The notes below the pieces were generated by a model. The model was not told the DNA's origin, searched no databases, and saw nothing but the letters and a program-made list of their open reading frames with translations. The translations under genes were made by a program, and so were the position numbers. A stretch of 64,000 nt of DNA, taken from Octopus vulgaris. Its lineage: Eukaryota. How positions within the stretch are numbered: the first letter of the stretch is position 1; every line of letters begins with the position of its first letter. The stretch spans positions 35,774,001 through 35,838,000 of the forward strand of contig OX597824.1 in NCBI GenBank assembly GCA_951406725.2, written 5' to 3'. This document shows, piece by piece, positions 26,236-38,266 of this stretch.

Positions 26236-27393
26236 TTGGCCAGAATTATAATTCGAGCTGCATCACAACATTTACTACGAACAGTGAAGTTACGAAGGAA
26301 TATTTTCCTGAAAACGGATACCCATAGACCTGAAACAGACCTGGACTAACCATACAATTAATCAAACAATCGATTAGTTAAGTGATTAAATTTTAACCAA
26401 TTAACAAATAAAAATAAAGCGAGATAGAACCAGTGCGTGTGTTTATTATTGACATAATGATCTTCCCAAGATACAACAAAACCTGTTTCAACACATGAAT
26501 TCACATCAAGAATATTGCAAACCAGATACAAAAACGAAACAAATGTTAATTTTATTCAATTTTCGAAAATATTTATTCATTTAAATCTTAAAAAATTGCG
26601 ACTGCAAAAGTTTATTGTTTTGTCAAAACGGATTGTGGTTGCAAGAAGGTTGAGATCTGACTGGTCTACAAATGCTAACAGCAGCATCTCAAGGCAACTC
26701 TGTATTAATTTGGTCAGAAAACTTGGAAGTGGATTCCATGACGGTAGCCATTGGAAGAGCGATATCACAACATTTTGTAATTCGTTAGATTTCTTTGAGT
26801 TTGTCTGGAACCTCCATTTTTTTCACTTCAATATGTATAGGTACTGAGTAGTGTGTGTGTGTGTGTGTGTCTGTGTGTGTAAACACGCCGTATCGAATCT
26901 GACGCCAAACATATCTTTAAGTTTGTACAACACTACATACAACAATACGCTAACCAATTATGTCATTATTGATCGTCCATACCCTGCTAGACACAACTTT
27001 TTCTGTAACGTTTCTATTGATTTTTATGACTTTGATATATCGTAGTGATGGCAAATAAAAGTAAACGGATCTCTGTCAGCTTCCACGATGATTATGTAGA
27101 TGTTTGTTCAACTGAAATGTCTGCACATCGAATTAGCGTGTGACTTAGCATTACACACACACACACATAGAAACACACACGTGTGTGTGTGTGTGGAGGC
27201 GCAAGTGTGGCAGTGGATATGGTAGGCGAAAACTGCTTGACAACTGGTGTTGGTGTGTAGCCTAGCGGTTCGGCAAAACAGACCGATAGAATAAGTACTA
27301 GGCTTTGAAAAGGAAGCACTGGGGTTGATTCATTCGACTAAAACCTTCTTCAAAGTGGTGCCCCAGCATGGTAGCAGTCTAATGACTGAAACA

Positions 27394-27442
<49 letters not shown>

Positions 27443-27528
27443 TATACATATATACACATATATATACATATATATACATACTTACATATATATATATATA
27501 TATATATATATGGAAATATATATATATA

Positions 27529-28093
27529 TTGGGTTGTCCGGAAAGATCGTGCCGATTTTTAAAGGAAAGAAAAAGGTCAATAAATACTAGCCATTACATT
27601 TTTAATCAACCAAATATGAACCAGTTTATTGCACAATGCGTCTCCATCTTTCCTTTAACTTGAAAATACCCTCTTCCCAGAATTGAGGTGGTTTCATGGC
27701 AAAGAATTCAAGGAATCTTTTTACGTCATCCAAGGAATTGAAATTTTTACCATTAAGACTATTCTGCAGAGACCTGAATAAGTGGAAATCCTAAGGAGCA
27801 ATATCTGGTGAATATGGAGGGTGGGGTAACACATCGCAGCCGAGCTGCAGCAATTTTTGTCTGGTTCCCAAAGCATCAAGTGCCAAAAATGAACTTTCCT
27901 ATCTTCTATTTTAAAGGGTTACAGGTTATAACACAGGTTATTGGAACATAAACCTTCTTCCACGAAAAGATTAGTTTAAACTGTGCTCTAAATGGAGGTG
28001 TAGTCACATCCTATTATATGGACTCAACCATGTTCTAAAATAAGTCGAAATGTAAGCTACTATAGATCGGCACGAACTTTCCGGACAACCGAA
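27529..28093 (-). mobile_element. Internally deleted mariner transposon with both TIRs
   Basis: TIRs TTGGGTTGTCCGGAAAGATCGTGCCGAT / ATCGGCACGAACTTTCCGGACAACCGAA, flanked by TA. Minus strand reads EDRKVHFWHLML fused to TRQKLLQLGCDVLPHPPYSPDIAP*DFHLFRSLQNSLNGKNF...[24 protein letters not shown] (YSPDLAP motif). Confidence 0.95.
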
Positions 28094-28104
28094 TATATAT
28101 ATAC

Positions 28105-28192
<88 letters not shown>

Positions 28193-28274
28193 TTCAACAT
28201 GTGATCTCTTGAGCACCACCAGCAAAAATATTTTTTTCCTCTGTCTTCCCTTCTCGGATCTTTCCTCCTCTTTT

Positions 28275-28309
28275 GTTTCCGACGAAGAGCTCCGCTCGAA
28301 ACGTTAAAC
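28275..28309 (+). ncRNA. Minimal type I hammerhead-ribozyme-like motif in a Penelope-like short repeat (about 28215-28410)
   Basis: GUUU-CCGACGA-A-GAGC(UCC)GCUC-GAAAC-GUU-AAAC: stem I GUUU/AAAC, stem II GAGC/GCUC and palindromic AACGUU at stem III. An identical 35-mer occurs at 46063-46097. Confidence 0.65.
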
Positions 28310-28404
28310 CCTCCTTCCCTTCTTTCCTGAGCGTCAAATAATACTTTAATTGTTCCACGTCCTCGCGTTGCTGTGTTTTTTTCTGTGTTTTCTTGTTTGG
28401 ATTA

Positions 28405-28436
<32 letters not shown>

Positions 28437-28439
<3 letters not shown>

Positions 28440-28756
28440 TTTACTCTTTTACTTGTTTCAGTCATTTGACTGCGGCCATGCTGGAGCACCGCCTTTAGTC
28501 GAGCAAATCGACCCCAGGACTTATTCTTTGTAAGCCCAGTACTTATTCTATCGGTCTCTTTTGCCGAACCGCTAAGTGACGGGGACGTAAACACACCAGT
28601 ATCGGTTGTCAAGCAATGCTAGGGGACAAACACAGACACACAAACACACACATACATATATACATATATACGACAGGCTTCTTTCAGTTTCCGTCTACCA
28701 AATCCACTCACAAGGCATTGGTCGGCCCGGGGCTATAGCAGAAGACACTTGCCCAA

Positions 28757-28760
<4 letters not shown>
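28437..28760 (-). mobile_element. SINE family B, antisense, 5'-truncated
   Basis: Reverse complement of the tail and body of the 12959 copy. Confidence 0.9.
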
Positions 28761-28800
<40 letters not shown>

Positions 28801-29267
28801 TAACACCAAATCTACTGAAGACAGATATCGAACAAGCTGAGATTATGATAGAAAATTACGAGTCGGTTACGCACAACTTTGTGAGCAATACATGCAAGAC
28901 TAACTCGTAAAGGATGTGATTTGAGAGAGAATTGTCTTCTATTACCAGATGATTGAGCGACCACGTGGGTGTTCCCCTCTACGAATTAGTCATTAGTAGT
29001 GGCCAATGAAATAACAGGAATCAGGAAGTCACTATTATTGAAATATTTCCAACTGAGTTGCTTTCACCCCACAGATGATCTTCGCGGTTGTTGGTGTTTG
29101 ATGTTGGCCAGCTTCAGAGAACTTTACCATATTGTCTTCAGTTTGTGTGAGTGAACATGTGTGGGAGGAAGGTGGGAGTGTGCGCGCCTGCGCTTGCCTA
29201 TGTGCACGTGTGTGTTTTGTGTGTGTCTATATGTGACGTACATTTTGATAACCGGAAGAAACGAACC

Positions 29268-29500
29268 AATGAGGGAGCCTCTACGTTGTCGCTCAGCGTA
29301 CTAAAAATAGCAGCCAAATCTCCATCTTTTTTTAAAAAAAGAAGTAAGGACACATTAAATAATATATTATTAGAGACACTCTGTGCTTGAAACAAAAGAC
29401 AGGATGGGCACAAATGGAATGCCTTTGATTATAGTTATGCTTGGTCAAAATTGATTGCGGGGCAGCGGTGGTGGGGGCTACACAACAACAACAACAACAA
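29268..29500 (+). mobile_element. Old diverged SINE-like family E (possibly Ceph-domain type)
   Basis: Motifs AAATAGCAGCCAAATCTCC, GGACACATT, GGATGG.CA...GGAATGCCTTTGAT and a GGGGCTA.ACAACAAC tail. Other diverged copies lie at about 3220-3400(-), 5085-5270(+), 8065-8240(-), 11490-11670(+), 28900-28980(-), 30200-30450(-), 32490-32720(+), 36940-37150(+) and 41780-41965(-). Confidence 0.7.
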
Positions 29501-29759
29501 CCACAAGGAAGGAATCAATTATTTGCCACATTAGATAACTCGGTTCACTTTCAAAACACTATCTTAATAAACCCTGAAACAGCTCCGGCTGCCGCTGCTG
29601 CTACCACTGCTGCTGCTGATGATCTTCTCCTCTGCCTTCTTTTCATTTTATACACCCTCCTTCTTACATCTTTCTCTCTGTCTCTCTGCCCCCACTCTCT
29701 CTCTCTCTCTCTCTCGCTCGCTCGCTTACCCCCCTCTCTACCTTTCTCCCCGCCTTTAA

Positions 29760-30077
29760 CATACCTTTCAAGTTTACAGGTGTTACTCTCAGGTTTCACT
29801 TCGGTTTATTTTCGACGCAACTAGAAAAAAAAAATAGTTTAAATTTAAGTAATTTTTCTTCGCCCCAAACCAATTCGAATAATGCTTTGGAATTAACCGG
29901 GAATCGATGAGACAATCACTTGTTCATTTTTGATCGGAAAGTTTTAGTTCGGGAAATATCAGGAAAATACAGTGGATAACAAAATACTACAAGGAATTCC
30001 TCCCAAGTCTTAAAATGTTACAAATTGATGCTAATAAATACTGTCTGGATCCGTTGCCATTCTGATAATGAGTAAGT
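29760..30077 (+). other. Candidate first exon (5' UTR ending ATG-A) with consensus splice donor
   Basis: Unique sequence downstream of a (CT)n/C-rich tract; ends ATAATGA|GTAAGT (ATG 30068-30070, donor 30072-30077). No partner exon was identified. Confidence 0.3.
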
Positions 30078-31083
30078 ACCGTTCTTGTTTTGAAATAAAT
30101 GTTGAACACTGTCTGTCTACATTCTAAAACTTTTAATTCATTCAATATATACATAGACCATGCTACAACACACTGCTCAACTCAGTAGTTTTCATTCGCC
30201 ATTTCGTCATGCTTTTCTTTAACCCTACAGATCACCTTGATCGCACAAATCAAAAGAGTTCTGTTCATATCCATACAAAGCTTGTTTTTTGTTGTTTCCT
30301 AGTGTTTTGTTTGTTTGTTTCTTTGTTTGTTTTTTTCACTAAATGTATCAAGGACTACTTTGTTCGATATACTCTTTCAAGACAGTATGTTGGGATTTGA
30401 AGGAGATTTACCTGCTATTTCCGGCAGATGGATCCGTTTTGTACATGCTTCATTTTTGGTCGTGCATTTTGTCATAGTTCTCAGCACGAGTTAATAAACT
30501 GATTTAGTTGTTCAATCACTTAGTAATCTGGAACAAAACAATTCCTGAGACGACAACTATGCCTTCTATGAAACAAACACTAACTGCATACAGCAGACGA
30601 TCGGAGTATTTTCTTGTAATCCCTTTTATGCCAGCTGTATTTCCGTTTTTGTGACAGTGTCGAGCGTGCCTTCCGCTGTCGAGCGTCAGTAAAGAAGGCG
30701 TGGTGCAACAAAAGAAACATTAAAATGGTTGACAACAATATTCCGTCTCTGCTGAGAAATATCAACAAGCAAAATGCTGCATTTGCAATTATCTTAAGTC
30801 CCAAAGGAGTGATGTTTGGACATGCATTTACGCATGTCATTTTATGTGTATGTAAATATATGCATGTATATTGATTATGTGTATGCGTATATATATGTGT
30901 GTATGTGTGTGCGTATGTATGCTTGTGTGTATGTACGTATGTATGTGTATGTATATTTCATGTGATCAACAAGATTCTTTATATAAGTAAATGACGATTA
31001 CATTTTTAAGTTAGAGTACATGTTGCCATATACTCTACGAAGCTCTTTCATGAAATCTGCGGTTTAATGTTGTCATTAGTTAC

Positions 31084-31206
31084 CTACCTGGTGGCCCCAG
31101 CAGACAAAATGGAAAAGACGTTGCCCCGGAGGATGGCGAGGAAAATGCGCTGAAGCAGCCACTCTTGCTTACATGGCTCACACTTGCGAACAGAAATGTT
31201 TCGATC
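31084..31206 (-). mobile_element. CRE-clade non-LTR retrotransposon C-terminal fragment
   Basis: Stop-free minus-strand frame DRNISVRKCEPCKQEWLLQRIFLAILRGNVFSILSAGATR*, matching the QR(I/L)S.A(I/V)QRGNA..IL C-terminal motif of CRE-type RLE elements. Confidence 0.7.
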
Positions 31207-31867
31207 TTCTAAACATGTTCTCTTCTCCCTCGAAAAAAGACAATATCAAATAGCAATATGTAATAAATAGATGTTTCTCCTTTACACATCGGGTTATGGA
31301 TTGCTGTTTTATCGACTGTGTAAATACGGTTTTCCACATTCGCTTATTTCACACAGTTTATGTGTCTCTAACGTTTCGGTATTTCCAAATACTGGCATTT
31401 GCCGTAGAACAGAAATATGGTCAGTTGTATCTTTCACATTTTATCTTTTACTTGTTTCAGACAATAGACTGCGGCCATGCTTGGGCACCGCCTTGGAGAA
31501 TTTTTTTTAGCCGAATGAATCGACCCCAGTACTTATTCTTTTAAAAGTCTTTTTTAAAGCTTGGTACTTTTCTTAACCATTCAGTTACTGAGAACGTAAA
31601 CACACCAGCACCGGTTGTCAAGCTGTGGTGGGGAACCCCGGTTGAGAACCTCTGATATAGGGCCTACAGGAATTGTTTCATTTGCTATGACAACAATTTT
31701 TATTATTATGCTGCTAAGTCCCAGACAAACTGAGTTTGCGAATCCACGTCGATTCCACAACTGCAGCCATTTCTATCAACATAAATCTTACGTGATTTCA
31801 TTGGTTCTCTTAACATCTGAGATGACTTGCTCCATGTCACCAAAACAATATTTTCACGATACATACA

Positions 31868-31953
<86 letters not shown>

Positions 31954-32063
31954 GAAGGTATGTTAACCTTGTGAAGGGATGGTTGCATCCAAGGAAATAC
32001 TGGTTCAATAAAAGTATTTTGGAGAATGAAATTCTCTTAAAACAATAGCATATAGTTTATAAA

Positions 32064-32275
32064 ATGAAGAAAAGAAAAGGGAGATTAGGAAGTTCATATT
32101 GTTTATTATTAACAGCAAATTGGTAATCTTTGCTTCTTACAGTCATTTCAGTTAATACTCAATAATTTAATTACAAATTTAATTTAATTGAAATGGCTAT
32201 ATGAAACGAAGATCACCAATTTGCTGTTAATAATAAACTATTGACTTCCTAATCTCCATTTTCTTTTCTTCTCAT
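32064..32275. repeat. Long imperfect inverted repeat (foldback/MITE-like)
   Basis: GAAGAAAAGAAAAGGGAGATTAGGAAGT..GTTTATTATTAACAGCAAATTGGT.ATCTT pairs with AAGATCACCAATTTGCTGTTAATAATAAAC..ACTTCCTAATCTCCATTTTCTTTTCTTC; arms are about 90 bp. Confidence 0.9.
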
Positions 32276-33272
32276 ATATATAGTTTCGCTAATTAACGTA
32301 TAATTAAATACACTCCTTCAATTTCAAAACCTCAATAGACCTTCACTAATCTGTAGATTATTGATAATCTGTAGATTATCTTCTTATCTTCCACTGTATT
32401 CCCACACATATATCATACCCTCCCTATTTTTAAAGTTTCTCTTGTCTGTCCTTTGTCTACAAATGTTAGCATAATAGTTTTTCGAATTCTTCCAATAACG
32501 AGGTTGCGTTTCTGTATGGCCCTGGAAAATAGCAACCGGTTGACCTTTTTTTTAGAATTGGCAATCATATCTCCCTTCAAATCACATTGTATTAAAAGGT
32601 ACATAGGATAAGATAGTCCATGACACAACGTGTGAAAAGAAAGATAGGCGGGGATGGTCATAGCTGAAGTACTTTTGATCGTAGGACTTTCAATCATTTT
32701 TAGGACTAAATAAAAACTTTACACATACAACACACAATGAACTGATATATGTCATACTGTTCTTACGCTTCCATAATGTCCCGTGCATGCCATCAACGTG
32801 ATTTCTTTAATATTAAAATTGCCTTTATTCATATACAATGTTCCCTTTCTACCATTCTGTTCTCTTCCTGCAACATTGGATAAGATATTTCAAAGATTTT
32901 ATAAAGTTTTATAGAAAGTTATCCCAAGATTTTCATCTTTCGTTCTACACACAAATTAATTACGTTTCTAAAACAATATATATTATGACTTTTAAGTTAT
33001 CTTTAAAGATATTCTATAGAACTTGTAACCAACACTAAAAGTTGCGACGTTTCGTTTACTTTCATTGCTGGCACCAAATTCTATAGAAGATCTGTTTAGA
33101 TTACTAAAAAGTGATTGAATCGTATTGCTAACACAAATATATTGGACACATTATTGACTTATAGACCTTTAATATACTTGGTGGTATATAATAGTTGCGA
33201 AGCGAAATACTAACAATTAATATATTTTATGTTTTCCTAACGCGGTGAGTGTGTGCGTGCGCACGCGTGTAT

Positions 33273-33330
<58 letters not shown>

Positions 33331-33332
<2 letters not shown>

Positions 33333-33776
33333 TTTGAGGAAAGTCTCAGAAAGTAAGAACAATATTTATTTTTTGATTTTCGAAAAAAGTATGGCCGTGA
33401 AATTATAGAGTTTTTGTATGTTGGTATTTTCTTTTTTTGTGGCAGTAAATTTACGGTTGGGATACTCATTGAAGTGTTGTTCTTGATTCCATCTCCACAT
33501 TTCATAGTTACAGCCTTCATTTGAACATTCCACAATTCCAAGACACTTTTGGGATTTCAATATTATCATCAAGGATAATGGGTTTTTTTTTTTCTGGAAA
33601 CTGGCCAGTTTGGTTACATAGTGGACAGGACATAATTCGAAGACTATTATCTTTATTATTATAAAGACAATCCACACAAAATTTGTGCTGACATTTCCCA
33701 TAGACCATCCTAAGTCTTGGACACAAACATACCATGCAACAGAATCGTTGTGCGTTACAATTCTTGTCTGGTCCAT
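33331..33776 (-). pseudogene. Intronless C3HC4 RING-finger plus TRAF-like zinc-finger gene copy with frameshifts (pseudogene or assembly-error-disrupted gene)
   Basis: CMVC...CQHKFCVDC...CPLC (RING spacing) in ORF 33517..33879 continues after a +1 shift at 33551-33553 into QKCLGIVECSNEGCNYEMWRWNQEQHFNEYPNR of ORF 33366..33776. The ATG at 33776 joins the RING frame if 2 nt are removed near 33750. Confidence 0.8.
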
Positions 33777-33807
33777 TGTGTCGAAGACTATTTCGAAATA
33801 AACACCT

Positions 33808-34005
33808 CAAAGCAGAATCGTAAGCACGCTTAGCAAAATGCTCAGCGGCATTTCGTTCGTCTTTAGGTTCTGAATCCAAATTTTGCCTGAAAGGTTTTTC
33901 ATCCTTTTGGGGTCGATAACATAAGTACCAATTGAGTCCGGGGTTGATGTAATCGACTTACCCCTCCCCCAGACTTGTGGGCCTTGTACCAAAATTTGAA
34001 ACCAA
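33808..34005 (+). mobile_element. SINE family A, diverged
   Basis: Family A head, core and alternative tail; supplies the spurious N-terminus MDSEPKDERNAAEH of ORF 33517..33879. Confidence 0.85.
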
Positions 34006-34074
34006 TATATTTTATGTTCTCCTACAACGTTGATATGGTTGTGGTCGTGCTCATGTAACCATTGTCTTTCAATA

Positions 34075-34418
34075 CATTACTCTTTTACTCTGTTACGCTT
34101 TTACTTGTTTCAGTCATGTGACTGTGGCCATGCTGGAGCACCGCCTTTAGTCAAGCAAATCGACCCTGGGACTTATTCTTTGTAAGAACAGTACTTATTC
34201 TATCGGTCTCTTTTGCCGAACCGCTAAGTAACGGGGACATAAACACACCAGCATCGGTTGTCAAGCAATGCTAGGGGGACAAACACAGACGCACACAAAC
34301 ACATACATATATATATATACATATGCATATATACGACGGGCTTCTTTCAGTTTCCGTCTACCAAATCCACTCACAAGGCTTTGGTCGGCCCGAGGCTATA
34401 GTAGAAGACACTTGCCCA
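34075..34418 (-). mobile_element. SINE family B, antisense, 5'-truncated
   Basis: Near-consensus reverse complement. Confidence 0.9.
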
Positions 34419-34838
34419 ACAAACAAGATGAGGACAAATATCCGTTGAATGTAAATAATGTAAATAATATAAATAATGTACAGAATTCCTCGTCTCTTAA
34501 ATACAGAACTGTATTATCTTCCAATGTTTCTCTATTCTCATCATTCTCACTGTTCCTACATTGTCTTCTCTAATTCTATAAAGTTCGGAATTCCATGACT
34601 TTGGCTGGTGTTCATGTATTTCTGTTTAACTTCGTGGAGTCTACAGTTCCAAGCTACAATTGTCAACCAAATGCGTTTCCTCTTAGATTTGTCATATTTT
34701 GGTGTCACTCCGATCGTCGTCTTTAAAAGCTTGTATGAAACTGTGGGTGTGTTCTAACATGAACAGGTATATCTATGTGTGTGTGTGTGTGTGTGTGTAT
34801 GTGTACATATATGTTGATATACATATGTGTGTGTATGC

Positions 34839-34899
<61 letters not shown>

Positions 34900-34993
34900 T
34901 GTTTGTAAATGTGTATATATATATATATTTGATAGGTAGATAGATAGAGAGAGATACATGAGAGTAAGTGTATATAATGTACAGATGTATGTG

Positions 34994-35051
<58 letters not shown>

Positions 35052-35052
35052 C

Positions 35053-35083
<31 letters not shown>

Positions 35084-35127
35084 TTTTTTTTTTCTTCTCT
35101 AGTTTCAGCTCAGAGCTGCGGCCATGC

Positions 35128-35217
<90 letters not shown>

Positions 35218-35258
35218 CATTTTTCTTCTCTAGTTTCAGCTCAGAGCTGCGGCCATGC

Positions 35259-35299
<41 letters not shown>

Positions 35300-35730
35300 C
35301 ATGGATACATATATATGTGGGTGTGTATGTGCTTATACACATACATACGAGTGTGTGTGTGTGTGTGTGTGTGTGTACAAGCGTTCGAAAATCGGCAACT
35401 TGGAACACACATTAATATGTAAAATTGATTTTCAATCAATGATGTTGTTTTATTGACTTCAGTCACTGGACCGCGGTCGCGCTGCGGGCACCCACTTCCA
35501 GAACATAAGCTCGTTATATCCACAGCGGTTCGTATTTCACTTTTGTACCTGTTATATACCCGAGTATTTGTCGAAGATCTTGAGTACGGAACGTATGGGC
35601 TCACTATATAAATAACACCGGTTTACGATATTTGAAAAAAATAAACAGAAATGGTTTTCTGATAATTTCTCCGTTTTAATGATTGAATGTTTATAAAGTA
35701 TTAAGTATTTGTAATTATATATATAGATAT

Positions 35731-35763
<33 letters not shown>

Positions 35764-35999
35764 CATATATCTGTATGTATGTATGTATGTATGTATGTAT
35801 GTATGTATGTATGTAGGCATGTATGTATGTATGTATGTATGTATGTATATATATATATATGTATGTATATGTGTATATTATATATATACATACATACACA
35901 TACATATACTATATGTGTGTGTGTGTGCGTGTGTATATGTATATATCTAGCTATCTATATCTGTCTATATATGCGTTGTTATTGTTATTATTATTATTA

Positions 36000-36042
<43 letters not shown>

Positions 36043-37269
36043 CATTATTATTATTATTATTATTTTATACAGAGATAACGAGACGAACATGCGATATATT
36101 GAATATGTTTAATATATATGTCTTATATTTTATAGCTATTTTCACTACTAAAAACCTTTGGATGTGTATATATTCTGTTGGGAAGAGCAAATAAATATAC
36201 GAGTATAATTCTATGTATGTGTATGTGTACAGACCAGCCTCATACATATGTATATGTGTATAAATCTGCCAATCAATTTGTTTACCATATAAATATATAG
36301 ATATACTTGTGCGTGCGTGCTTGTGTGTGTGTGTGTGTGTATAGACACACACACACTGGCAGTTATATACTTCTCTATCACCTATGGATTTATCTGTCGT
36401 CTCTTATCTACTCGTTTTACCGTTCCTGTATTTTCTTATATTAGCCTAACTATTAATACACCTATCCTCTTTCTTCCTCTCTAACTATCCATCTCTCTAT
36501 AAAAAAAAAAAAACAGTTGTTTCCATTTACTTCTGTGTAAAGTAACGCATTCTGTAAAATAACAGATTCTATAAATTAAAGATGTATTCTGTGTTTCGAT
36601 GACATTGACAAAATATTTGCTTGTTTCCATAAACTAAGTGTTTTTATAACGCTGTCTCTAATTTTTTCTTTCCTTTACTTTTTTTTCTTTGTTCGTGTGG
36701 TTTTGCGCTTATAATTTCTTTCGTTTCTATAATGTTAGGATAATATTTGGATAACGAATCGCCGGTTTCTCAAAGATTCCCCTAATATTTCAGTGTTGCT
36801 GCTATCAGAATAAATTACACTAGTTATATACAGTTTTTTTTTTGTGTGTTTTTTTTTTCCTTTTTTTTTTCTTCCTTTCTATAAGTGCCATCTCAGAAAA
36901 ACACCAGGCTTCTTTGCGGTTTTATATAATAAAATATTACTTAGAACGAGTTCTCTGCTTCCTGGAAATAACAGCTAAATAATAACCCTCAACTTAACAC
37001 ACAGCCGTCTTTAAAGAAAAAAAAAAGTGTGGGGTTCTTATTGGACAATGCTTTCGTAGAAACACAAAAACCCAAGAAGTACATGATTGGATTTCTTTCG
37101 ATCATAGCCCCATTTGATGCAGGCTGGATTCATATTAGACAGTAACAAAACACGTGTAAACACGTTTTAAATATACATGTTTCAATGTGTTTGCGTGCGC
37201 CTGTGTATGCATGCTTGTGCGTTGTATGTGCGTGTGTTTGTATGTGTATACACACACGTCTATGTATAT

Positions 37270-37328
<59 letters not shown>

Positions 37329-37647
37329 GTTATTTATATCTATGTACTTATACATACGCACGCGTATATATATATATATATTATATTATTATATTATATT
37401 ATATTATATTGTATTATATTATATTATATTATATTATATTATATTATATTATATTAGAGGGGAAAGGACAAGACAAACCAAAGCAGGGCCAGTATCTCAA
37501 GTCATTTAGAATAATGTAATTAGGGTAAGGTGGATTTGAATTATTATTCTCCTGTCTGTATTATTCTACTTTTACTCTTATTCTTATATTCCATTCCTTA
37601 TAAACTGTGAATTTCCCTGTCTAGGATCTTTCATACGTACTCACCTT

Positions 37648-37723
37648 GTCTCTGGTGACTGTATACCCAGTATACGGACATGCTAGCCTATCACTTGGGA
37701 TATCCCAGAAACAGCTGTAAGAC
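37648..37723 (+). ncRNA. Hammerhead-like motif with extended stem II in a Penelope-like repeat (about 37530-37880)
   Basis: GUCU-CUGGUGA-(CUGUAUACCCAG...CUUGGGAUAUCCCA)-GAAAC-AGCU-GUA-AGAC; stem I GUCU/AGAC; the core deviates at A6 (G). Confidence 0.5.
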
Positions 37724-37894
37724 TTCAAATTCAACTTACACTAATGACTCGGGATACTCGTCCTGTATTGGGTTTTGTTGTTCCTTTCCATCATATATAA
37801 AATATACCTGCTTGGAACCCAAAGGATGACCAATTATAGCACTTACTCAGTATACCTATTCGTTTAGAGCACCAGTGAGCCAAACCCCTCATAT

Positions 37895-37944
<50 letters not shown>

Positions 37945-38024
37945 TGTATGTATGCATGTATACGTGTATGTGTGTATGTATGCATGTATGTACATACATA
38001 CACACACACATATATATATATATA

Positions 38025-38221
38025 TCTTTTACTTGCTTCAGTCATTTGACTGCGGCCATGCTGGAGCACCGCCTTTAGTCGAGCAAATCGACCCTAAGGC
38101 TTATTCTTTGTAAGTCTAGTACTTATTCTATCGGTAAATTTTGCCTAACCGCTAAGTTACGGGGACGTAAACACACCAGCATCTGTTGTCAAGCGATGTT
38201 GGGGGGACAAACACAGACAAA

Positions 38222-38266
<45 letters not shown>

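Noticed and set aside
30580-30860. Open frames and a TTTTTGTGACAG acceptor downstream of the candidate first exon
   Set aside because: Splicing from 30071 gives a stop after about 12 codons, and no protein family is recognisable.
33780-33879. N-terminal extension of the RING ORF (MDSEPKDERNAAEHFAKR)
   Set aside because: Derived largely from the adjacent SINE read antisense; not part of the gene.
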